64,000 nucleotides of DNA from NCBI RefSeq assembly GCF_001194135.2, contig NC_068998.1, positions 36,406,112 through 36,470,111 of the forward strand. The letters are read 5' to 3'. The translations under genes were made by a program, and so were the position numbers. Below the pieces are notes generated by a model. That model had not been told where the DNA came from, made no database searches, and saw only the letters and a list, made by a program, of their open reading frames with translations. The DNA is from Octopus bimaculoides. Its lineage: Eukaryota. Below, in pieces: positions 53,610 through 64,000 of this stretch (its first letter is position 1; each line of letters starts with the position of its first letter).

Positions 53610-54040
53610 ATAGGTGCAAGCGTAGCTTTGTAGTTGTGAAACTTGCTTTGCAGCCACGTGGTTTCCATTTCAGTCTCACAGTGCAGCACCTTGTCTTCTA
53701 CAAAAGCCCCGGCCAGACCAATGTCTTGTGCGTGAATTTGGTTCGGTAGAAACTGTTTAGAAGCCCCATCGTACTCACACACGCACACACACACACACAC
53801 ATATATATATGCCATTATGTTGTATATATATGACATTGTTTTGCCCCCACCACCACTTGACAACCGGTGTTACTTTGTTTATATCCCTGCAACTTAGAGG
53901 TCTAGCGAAAGAAAGACTTAGTACTAAACCTGGAAAAAATGTACTGGGCGGGGGTGGGGTGGTGGTCATCTGTTCGGCTAAAATCCTTAAGGCCATACCC
54001 TAACATGGCCGCAGTCCATTGACTGAAACAAGTAAAAGAG
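53610..54040 (+). mobile_element. SINE family B, decayed full length with internal (CA)(TA)n
   Basis: Both arms recognisable. Confidence 0.7.
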
Positions 54041-54631
54041 GTCCTTCCGTTATTATTCGACATGCTAGCAACAGAGGTCAAATATTTCACAAATCACACT
54101 GTACTCTCTTGGAAAAGTTAAGGACACATTGGAGAACGTAGTCTTACACATTAGAGAATGTGGCCTTACCTCTCAAAAGGCGAGAAGATTACAGTTGGTA
54201 TGTCTTTTGATCAGAGGTAGACTTATTAGAGATAACCTTTGATCAAACAACAATTATATGAATACGCACCTGAATACCTGTGTCCTAACACATAAGCATA
54301 CACGTGCACATTACAGTAAAAGGCAAACCACACAGAGGGAAAATCGAGGTAAGCCGGTAAATCGTGTGAGAATCTGTTGTTTCAATCCCTTCAGTCGGAT
54401 AATCTTCATACTATAATATCAGATGGATTCAGCCCGAACTTATACTTACATTACAGGCGTCGCTTCGGTGCCACTGCGTGGAATTTGGGCAAGTGTTTTC
54501 TGTTATAGCCCCGCGGCGACCAAAGACTCGTGAGTGTATTTGGTAGAGAGAAACTTAAAGAAGTTTGTCGTGTATGTATGTATGTATGTATGTGTGTGTA
54601 TGTATGTATGTATATATGTATGTATGTAAGA

Positions 54632-54745
54632 ATGTCATTTTTCAGTCTTATTTCAAGATTTCTTGGCAATAGAGAAAGAAACGGTTTCCAACCTAAATCC
54701 AAGGCTCTTTCATTGGTGGTGTTTCAGACAAAATCATGTTAGCGA
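54632..54745 (-). mobile_element. 3' UTR tip of the (TACA)n-associated R4-like family
   Basis: Similar to 50931-51035 (tcatt..cag..ttatttcaagattt..ttg.caat.gaga) and abuts (GTAT)n. Confidence 0.75.
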
Positions 54746-56079
54746 GATTCCAAGTGGTGTAGAAGTATATTTTAAAATCTGTTCAGGATAGCGCTACGAA
54801 TTGTGAGTAAAATGTCTTTATTTCTCTTATTAATTGTTGGGAGAAATAAACCAGTTACCTATTTAGGCTGAAGAAGTCGGCATATTTCTAGAGGAAGACG
54901 TTCAAAACGAACTTTTTAAACAGTTCTCTACACCTGCAGGTCCAATGTATGTACGTATGTATGTATGTATGTATGTATGTATGTATGTGCGGATGTACGT
55001 GTGTATTTATGTATGACTGTGTTTGTGTTTATCACTCACGGCAGCTTGGCAACTATAGCTGGTTTGTTTAGGTCGCCGTAACTTAGCGGTTCGGTAAAAG
55101 AAACCGATTTAATAAGTACCAGGCTTATAGATAAGTAGTGGTATTGATTCATTTGACTGAAACTCGTCAAGACAGTGCCCCAGCATAGTCGAAGTCTAAA
55201 GACTAAAACAAGTAAAAGAATAAAATAATACATACATAAATACTTATACTCGCACACATGTATACATATGCATACATACATATCTACAAATATATATAAA
55301 CATATGTATACACTCACGCAAATATGTCTATATGTTTATACATAAATAGACCAGTTCACTGAAGAACATTAAGAATAAAATAAAATACAAGAAAACATAT
55401 ATATCAGGCACCACAGATATAAATTCTCAAACTGCTCGCTGTGTATGATATGAATCAAATACATACTAATAGAAGAATAGATAAACACTTTCTTCAAAAG
55501 CCTCATAGAACAGAACGGAGATCCATTATAACAAACCAGGAATTAATATTATTGATGTATTTGTGAACTCTCCTGTTGTAGACGGCAGATGAAACTTTGC
55601 AATTCCTTGCAGAATAACCTACACGGATGATTAGCTTATGGTGATCAGATGTTTGTGCTTTGCATTATCTCACTGTCTCTATCAGATCGACATTACTTTC
55701 ATTGGTGCATAATGTGCCACAAGTTAGGTGTCGAGGTGATCACAGAGCAACGTGAAATGAGGTGTTTTGCTCAAGAATAAAAGACGGTACCGGGTCTGGG
55801 ATTCCAACCCACAATCTAGCGATCGAGAGTGCAACAACATAACCACGATATACATAAATCAGAGAGACAAAAATCGTCCCGGCAGTGGTTAGCGAGAATG
55901 TCAGACTTGCACTTCGGTTACGATATGCCTTATCAATAATGCGTATTCCCGGTCCGGGAATCGAAACCATGTTCTCGCAATCGTAAGTCCAACACTCTAA
56001 CCACTCGGTCACGCAACCTCCAATGATATACTACAAAAACATTAATGATATCGAATCACAAGTCATATAAACCCGCGGA

Positions 56080-56400
56080 CCAACTATTATTGGACAATGT
56101 AATTTATAAATACGATTGCCAAGGTGGAAACTTTAAACTTCATGTTACTAATTATTGGATAAGCTATACAAGCACGTTAATAATCAGTCAGAACACCATA
56201 GACTTACAACAAAGAAGCAATTGCATTGCACTACAACACACACCCTAAAAACAAACACAGTTAATGAAACATTAGTGCACAACGCTTATGAACACACCAG
56301 AGAGACTTCCATAATAGACCATTACTGATAGAAGCAATAAAACATTCTAATGCCAAAATAAACACACGGACATTGCATTATAGTTAGAAACAAAGCTTAA
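56080..56400 (+). pseudogene. PLE GIY-YIG remnant, different family from 57540-58591
   Basis: LLDNVIYKYDCQ...NYWISYTSTL...LLIEAIK resembles NVVY.F.C...YIG.T.T.L...I.EA; heavily decayed. Confidence 0.45.
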
Positions 56401-56917
56401 CACCTGATTGCTGAAATAAAAGGAAAGACAGATATTGCAACCGTAAAGTGGATATACAGTGGAATCAAACATATTGGTTCTAGCTTCTGTAAAAAGCAGC
56501 AATACATGTCAGCAACACGAAATTTTGCAGACGAGACTGTGAAGGCTTAAAAGATTTGAAGATGGTATAGGAAGTCTGACGCTCCAAACAAGATGCAACG
56601 TGATTAACACACCCACATGTATCTGTCTTCTAATAAGGGCCTATTTAATAATAATAAAGATAAGTACGATAAGGCAATTAAAGATGCAGGTTACAGAGGT
56701 AGAATTAAATATATCCCACACACGAATACAACGAATAGAAATAATATTGACAACTCTAACTGCAATAATACAGAACAGAAATATGCCTAAACTCAGTAAT
56801 AAAGCACAGAGGCTTATAGATCACGACACAAACATGATCGAAACTAGCAACACTAAGAAGAACTATAACAATAACAGAAATACATCAAATAAAATAACGA
56901 GGGAAATTAGATGAGGC

Positions 56918-58591
56918 ATGAGTGATACCAATGAATCCACTAATCAGGAAGAACACAGTGATAACTTAAAGCATTATCTACAGAAACCGAGTCCCAGCAC
57001 CACTAATGGCGGTATTAATGCGCATAGACTAGATAATAAAACTAATGATAATAAACATATACACCACACGCATCACTCTAACAGCTATAAACATGTGTCG
57101 TTCGGCAAGATTACCGGTAAAACGAGAGACACTAACTGGCTCATACTCCCATATGCGATGCAAATAATGACCGACTTAGCTAAGCTAATATTTAATATTA
57201 CAAATAAACATTTTGATAAGAATAGCAAGTATTCGAAACTTATTAATAGTAAAGTAATAAAGATAGGTTATAGTCTCACACGTAGCTTAGCCAGCATCAT
57301 TTCCTCCCTAAATAATAAAAAAAATAGACATTTTCTATTTAAAGAGAAGCAACAATAACAACGGCAGCAGTAATAGTAAGAATAAAAACAATAAATCCCA
57401 TAACCATCCCAGATTTAGTAAAGGGAACACTCGGAACCATAATAACCCTATTAATCTTGATAGACTTAGCACTATCCCACCAGAGAGTAATCCCCCCCCC
57501 CACACACACACACACCACAGCACAATCGATGTGACTGTAGGAATAAAGATAATTGTGCCCTTGGAAATAGCTGTAAAAGTAAAGATGTAACTTACCAGTG
57601 CACTGTTACAACACAGTTTAGTAAAAAGATATACACAGACGTGCAGGAAGTAAATCGATACCTTTAATTTTCGAAATCTTTTATTTAATGCGCAAGGCGA
57701 ACAATTGAAATGTAATTGATAGGTAGGACTATATATTTTAGTATTTAGTTGACATTCCCTTTGCAGTTTTTAATTCAGAAACTGCTTTTGGCACTGAACT
57801 GATGAGCTTTGTGATTGTTCCTTGTGGAGGTTTTCTTCTAGCTGCTCGTCCATAATACCCAAGCTTATTTAGATATGTAACAAACGTTCTTGGACTAACT
57901 TCTAGCGGTTTTGCAATGTCAGAAGTTCGTTTGTCAGGGTTCATTTTCCGCAATTCCCTTCAAACAACGAAGCTTCCTTTCCGAGGGCCCAGGTCTACCG
58001 AGACGAGAATCTGTTGATTCTTTTCCTTGGCTTTTGAATTTCACTATAATTCTATTAACAGTAGTAAGAGGAATTTGAAGATTTTTGGCAATCTGATTGT
58101 TCTGCTGAATTTTTGTGTGTGCCATGGTTACTCTTCGCAAATGCTTAATATATTGGCACCTGGAATGAAAAAGAATAATTACATTGTAAATTCTACACTG
58201 CTGAAAACATATTAAGACATTTTGATCAGAAATTTTGAAAATTAAAGGTTTCTATTTACTTCCCGTATGTCAGTGTACATAGGAGCTACACAAAATGATA
58301 TGAAAGGAAGATCAGCCGCGTACCAACACTCTTTCAGAAATAGAAATAGGATTAACTCGACCGGATTAAGTAAATATATTTGGAAACTTAAAGATAAAGA
58401 TACTAGATTCGGTTTACAAAATCCTCGCCTCCGCACTTTCGTACAATGTAAAAAAAAACAAGAAATACCATCTTTGCATCAATGAAATATTTTTCATACT
58501 AGAGGCACAACACCCATTACTTCTCTTGAGGGGAGAGAAAAACATAGCCTGCCTGCACAAGGGGAAGTTTACCTTCGCTAAATATAAATAG
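56918..58591 (+). pseudogene. Penelope-like element 3' part (linker and GIY-YIG endonuclease), split by a Tc1
   Basis: KTRDTNWLILPY...KHFDKNSKYSKLINSKVIKIGYS...SIISS; NCALGNSCKSKDVTYQCTV..KKIY|IGATQ..HSFRNRNRINSTGLSKYIWKLK; ends IACLHKGKFTFAKYK*. Confidence 0.85.
57634..58275 (-). mobile_element. Internally deleted Tc1/mariner, 642 bp, TA target duplication
   Basis: 44-bp TIRs with 7 mismatches (57634-57677, 58232-58275); TA at 57632-57633 and 58276-58277; N-terminal HTH (IAKNLQIPLTTVNRII...GRP...GYYGRAARRKP) joined to C-terminus (AKGMSTKY*); DDE domain missing. Confidence 0.92.
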
Positions 58592-60651
58592 TATTAGAGA
58601 CCTTGCACCATCCCCAAAAGTAGCCCTTCACCACAAAAATAGTAGTTCTCAATCTTTAATGAAAGCATATATAAATTCCTAAATTAAAGCTAGTTTAATA
58701 GCATTACATACCTGGGTCCCTTATGGGTGTTCCAATAGTAATATCCCTACCCTTTCATCAACATATCTAAGTTTAAATCTCACTCCATCCATAACAACTA
58801 ATTACATAATATATATATTTATTAAGCCATTTCTCCTTCATATAACCTATTCACCCCTTTAACAAATGCCAGTTCTTTCAATCATGAACCTAATTTGGAA
58901 TACAGAGGGCATCAGTACTTAATCCTCAATCATTAACCCCACCTAAGGGAACCTGTACCCGCCATCTCAGCTAAGGCTGAAATGGCAACCAATTTTACTT
59001 ATCTCAACATTTTATACAATGGGTGAGCTGGCTTTCCTTGCTTCAGTCTGGACTTAATTTTCAGCCAGCGTACTGGTCTATCTCCATTTATAGTGGACCC
59101 AATTAGACCAACCCATTTCGGAACAAACCCCCACCCGTAGAACATAGCTATATATATATATATATATATATNNNNNNNNNNNNNNNNNNNNNNNNNNNNN
59201 NNNNNNNNNNNNNNNNNNNNNNNNNNNNNNNNNNNNNNNNNNNNNNNNNNNNNNNNNNNNNNNNNNNNNNNNNNNNNNNNNNNNNNNNNNNNNNNNNNNN
59301 NNNNNNNNNNNNNNNNNNNNNNNNNNNNNNNNNNNNNNNNNNNNNNNNNNNNNNNNNNNNNNNNNNNNNNNNNNNNNNNNNNNNNNNNNNNNNNNNNNNN
59401 NNNNNNNNNNNNNNNNNNNNNNNNNNNNNNNNNNNNNNNNNNNNNNNNNNNNNNNNNNNNNNNNNNNNNNNNNNNNNNNNNNNNNNNNNNNNNNNNNNNN
59501 NNNNNNNNNNNNNNNNNNNNNNNNNNNNNNNNNNNNNNNNNNNNNNNNNNNNNNNNNNNNNNNNNNNNNNNNNNNNNNNNNNNNNNNNNNNNNNNNNNNN
59601 NNNNNNNNNNNNNNNNNNNNNNNNNNNNNNNNNNNNNNNNNNNNNNNNNNNNNNNNNNNNNNNNNNNNNNNNNNNNNNNNNNNNNNNNNNNNNNNNNNNN
59701 NNNNNNNNNNNNNNNNNNNNNNNNNNNNNNNNNNTATATATGTATGTATGTATATGTATATATGTATGTGTCTATGGACTTTAGGATAATTGAAATATTT
59801 TCGTTACATATTTTCACTTCTAAGGCAAATTTACTGCAGTTTACTGTGGAAAAAATAAACATTCTTGCTTATGTTAAATGGTGTAAAGGAAAAAAAACCC
59901 AGCTTATCTCCAAAATGTCTGCCCCTATATATCGAGACAAAAAGTATTTTCCGCTAGATACTAAGATTCGTTTTAACTCAAATGAAGTGTCTTGATCAAA
60001 ACAAATTCACTACTCGGTGCAGAAACTAGGCCAACGTTCTAGGGATCTTGAGCCGAATATCGACGAGACTAAACAACTTCACACATACATACAAACAAGT
60101 AAATATGGTAAACAGAAATGAAGTGTTGTAAACATGATAGTCTTCTAATGTTATTTTTTGATTGGAATTTTATCATTTTATTATTTACTTTTCCATATTT
60201 TCGTTTTATTTTTTCAAGTTTCTTTAGAGTAGCTATGATCTAAAAATCCATCACTAACATTTCTAGAGCTTCATGCACTCAGCTTCAAATTGAGAAACGC
60301 TTACTATGAATTTAGGAAGTTTACTGTAGCAAACAAACTGCTAGGAATTTATAGGAAAGATGAGATAAACGTTGATGAAATGAATGAGAACAGAACACGT
60401 AGTGACGGTTATACAACACAACACAGCTTCAACAAATGTTCTCAAATATATTTATACATGCACACACACACACACATACATACATTTGTAAATGTGTGGG
60501 CGGGGTGAGCGTATGCACTTTTATGGGTGCAGGTGTGTTATATATGAACAAATTTATATATACAAAAGTTTAAGTTTTAGAGAAATATACATTTCAACCA
60601 TATAGAAATAGTGATAATAATACGAACACTGTTACGTATGTATGTATGTGC

Positions 60652-60687
<36 letters not shown>

Positions 60688-61033
60688 NNNNNNNNNNNNN
60701 NNNNNNNNNNNNNNNNNNNNNNNNNNNNNNNNNNNNNNNNNNNNNNNNNNNNNNNNNNNNNNNNNNNNNNNNNNNNNNNNNNNNNNNNNNNNNNNNNNNN
60801 NNNNNNNNNNNNNNNNNNNNNNNNNNNNNNNNNNNNNNNNNNNNNNNNNNNNNNNNNNNNNNNNNNNNNNNNNNNNNNNNNNNNNNNNNNNNNNNNNNNN
60901 NNNNNNNNNNNNNNNNNNNNNNNNNNNNNNNNNNNNNNNNNNNNNTATATATATGTATGTATACATATATATGTATATATATATATAGAGAGAGAGATAC
61001 ATATATTACATATATTTGTTTTTTATATGAGTC

Positions 61034-61144
61034 CATGATACCTTCACCTGCACTTCTAGCAACGTCATCTACTGCATCTCCTGCTCTCTCTGCCCTTCTC
61101 TGTACATCGGTAAAACGGGACGCCGCTTGGCTGACCGGTTCAGT
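61034..61144 (+). pseudogene. PLE (Neptune-like) GIY-YIG fragment
   Basis: Uninterrupted HDTFTCTSSNVIYCISCSLCPSLYIGKTGRRLADRFS. Confidence 0.88.
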
Positions 61145-61339
61145 GGGCCTGAAGCCGGAATTATGTAGTTAGGAATCAAACGTCTTACTAAACAACATCA
61201 GAGCTTGGGTAGTTCTCTGAGGGTCTGTGATAGACAAGCAATCAAATCTGTTTCAGGCTTATATCAGGGACAAGATGGTAGTTTTAGGTTCAATCGAGCT
61301 GACAACCACACGCGCGCGCGCATGTAGATTTTAAAATAC

Positions 61340-61650
61340 TGGAACACTGTGGGTTACGACGACAATTGTTCCAGTCGATCTGATCAACGGAACAATCTGC
61401 TCGTGAAATTAACGTGCGCGCTCCACATACCCGTGTGGCCATTAGCATATTTCTCACGGAGATTCAGCGTGACACAGAATGTGACAAGATTGGTCGATTG
61501 AATCACAGATATAAATCTTTTCGCTAGCTGAGTGAACTGGAGCAACCAGAAATATAGCATCTTGCTCCAGTATACAAGGTGCCGACGGGAATCGAACTCG
61601 TGACCTAACAATCTCAGTTGAATACCTGTAACCACTAAGCAACGTGTCTT
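61340..61650 (-). mobile_element. SINE family C, decayed
   Basis: RC head ggtcacgagttcgattcccgtcggcacc; gagtgaactggagcaa; gatcaacggaacaatctgctcgtgaaattaacgtg. Confidence 0.8.
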
Positions 61651-61659
61651 CACTCCACG

Positions 61660-61708
<49 letters not shown>

Positions 61709-62129
61709 GTGTCAGTGTATGAATGTGTGTGCATGTGCATGCTTAATTATCTTATCATTTACACACATATTCATGATTTTTACTGAATGTTTATTTTAAT
61801 TATTACAATATTGAATATATATCTAGAGGTTCATCAAATTAAGTTATAGTCGTTTTCCCGGTTGTTGATATTAAAATTAATATAAAAAAGAAATNNNNNN
61901 NNNNNNNNNNNNNNNNNNNNNNNNNNNNNNNNNNNNNNNNNNNNNNNNNNNNNNNNNNNNNNNNNNNNNNNNNNNNNNNNNNNNNNNNNNNNNNNNNNNN
62001 NNNNNNNNNNNNNNNNNNNNNNNNNNNNNNNNNNNNNNNNNNNNNNNNNNNNNNNNNNNNNNNNNNNNNNNNNNNNNNTGTGTGTGTGTGTGTCACCCAC
62101 ACACACAAACACACATATGCCAGGGAGTG

Positions 62130-64000
62130 GAGCATCGAAAGTATATAGATGCAACATATTTGGTTCCGGTGACTTGTTTATGCAAATATTTTGACTCAGC
62201 TCCATTTTACTTTTCTTCCGTAGGTGTAAGGCATGCTCACCGCCTGAAATGTTTCCAGACAAAGTAGGAGTAATGTAAAACAAATCTAAAATGGTTTCTG
62301 GGTAATTAGAGTAATTATTTGTCCACTGGTCAGTTCGGGTAACGTGGTTGTTGTGACTCTCATAGCGACATCAGTTATTTTATTATAAAGTCCACATGAT
62401 GCAGACAAGCTGTTGGCGTTACTTGGTCGGTATTCTGCAAGATAATACATTTGCGACAAGAGTTCTTTACATTGGACACTCAGGTGGTAGGGAAGACAAG
62501 AAGTGTCAATCTGTCATTTTCTCTATGTGTTACACAGTTATTATGTGGAAAGTAGCTGATTTTCTGGTAACAGATTACAAATGAGCTAGCGTGACCAACA
62601 TGAGCAGCCTGTAATCTGTTCGGGCAACAGCAATTACTTGAAGTTAATTAAAAGAGCTGCCGCTAATAGCAACAATGAAATAAGTCACTTTTCTTGTTGA
62701 TGTCCTGGTTGAGTATGTGCAGGCATGAGACCTGTTAAGGATGCGATATCTGATATTGGAGAAGTCGCTTCAACGGTCTTGGTGTCTCCAGAGGAAGACT
62801 TATAGAGAGGTGGAGTTTCCCCTATCCCTACACCTGAAAGTGAGCAAATGCTGCGTATAGTTTTAATGTAATTGGCTGTCATGCCATTTTATTATCTTTT
62901 GATGTCATCGGATGGTATCAGGGTGACAGTATGACCACAATTTTTGTAAGACAGGTATCTCCCACCAAGCATTTAATAGAATTTTGGAATTACATATTTG
63001 AATATTGGAAGGAGACTGTACGTATGGATGTTTGCATCTGTAGCAGCGTATAATGTTGGGAGCGATATCAGCATAAGTAGCGTTAACATTAACGATATGG
63101 GAGTTAAATATTTTATAATGTATATATGGCTTCTTGTGAAATGCTTTTTAATTAGCGCCAGAAAGCTATTAACTATAGAAATGGAAACCTCCAAACTGAA
63201 TGCTGAATTACTTTAGTCTTTCTAATTTCAAGTTCGGTGTGTGTGGATGTACTTTATAGATTGTCTTATCATTAAAGCTATTCCTCTCTAGCATCTCGTC
63301 ATAATGTGGTGAGGTCTCGTCGAAACTCTCTATTCCTTCTGATAGAGGTGAGATTCTACTGACGATATCTGCGTCTAGTGTCTAACTGTAGCTAAGTGGA
63401 GGTTAGTGCATCGTTGAAGTTAAGGTAATACTTGCACGTGGTGAGGTCTAGAGTTACATCCAGGAAGTTGACTTTTGTTAAATTAATGGTAAAAGCTATG
63501 TTTATCATGGATTCTTTGAAGTAAGTGTATGACAGAAATTCTGAACTTATACATAGCGTAGCCATTCATATGACTTGAGATTACAATACCATCATCATTG
63601 TAGAGCGTTGTACTGCTTGTGTATGAATTTTGAGGTTAGCCAGGATTAGTAACTCAACAGGGTCAGTAACACAGCCTCACTGTAGCTCACCACAGATATA
63701 TCGAACTGTGTCGCCTCACTGTTTTTTTTTTTTTGCCCAAATAAGGAATCATTGTAATACAGAAGCGTTTCTGATATCAAAGTTACTAATTCTGATTAAC
63801 TGGCAACTAAAGTTTAAGACACTCGGCGGTGGGGTTCTACATCGAAGAAAAAAATAATAAATGATATTCATCTCACGTTTGGAGTATTTTTTGTTGACTG
63901 TATCGAAACCATGATGATATCCGTGGGGAAGCAGATGATGAAGGTATGTTGGATTGTTGGTATGGCTGTGGAATAGTATTTTAACACATCTTTTATATAT
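62130..64000 (-). pseudogene. Penelope-like element, decayed RT, linker and GIY-YIG; continues past the window end
   Basis: QFDISVVSYSEA, LYNDDGI, LTKVNFLDVTLDL, SFLALIKKHF, ECPM..LVANV, RYESH, FVWKH in colinear order. Confidence 0.82.

Noticed and set aside
56556-56592. Possible hammerhead relic ttgaagatgg...tccaaac
   Set aside because: Too degenerate; no stems can be assigned.
58880-58930. SECIS-like ATGA-N11-AA after the PLE stop
   Set aside because: No helix II pairing and no correctly placed 3' GA.

Overview
AT-rich, microsatellite-dense eukaryotic DNA from a gapped draft scaffold, with 12 N-runs. The SINE set and repeat landscape point to an octopus or other coleoid cephalopod genome (inference from recalled family sequences, not a database hit). 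I find no host protein-coding gene I can support; most ORFs in the track are microsatellite or gap artefacts. The window is a graveyard of retroelements: three tRNA-headed SINE families (called A, B, C here), RTE LINE fragments, an L1-Tx1 3' fragment, several restriction-like-endonuclease (RLE) LINE fragments (R4/Dong-like and Hero-like), five Penelope-like (PLE) fragments and an internally deleted Tc1/mariner. Main observations: (1) the family-A SINE tail aligns with the 3' UTR of the Tx1-like LINE in the same window; (2) R4-like 3' ends sit in (TAA)n for one family and abut (TACA)n for another; (3) family-A SINEs form head-to-tail stacks and tandem multimers; (4) a 170-bp inverted repeat has a perfect 66-bp inner part; (5) there is a decayed tandem hammerhead-like pair; (6) a Tc1 sits exactly in the YIG motif of a PLE endonuclease. 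Boundaries of decayed elements are approximate (tens of bp) unless exact termini are quoted.
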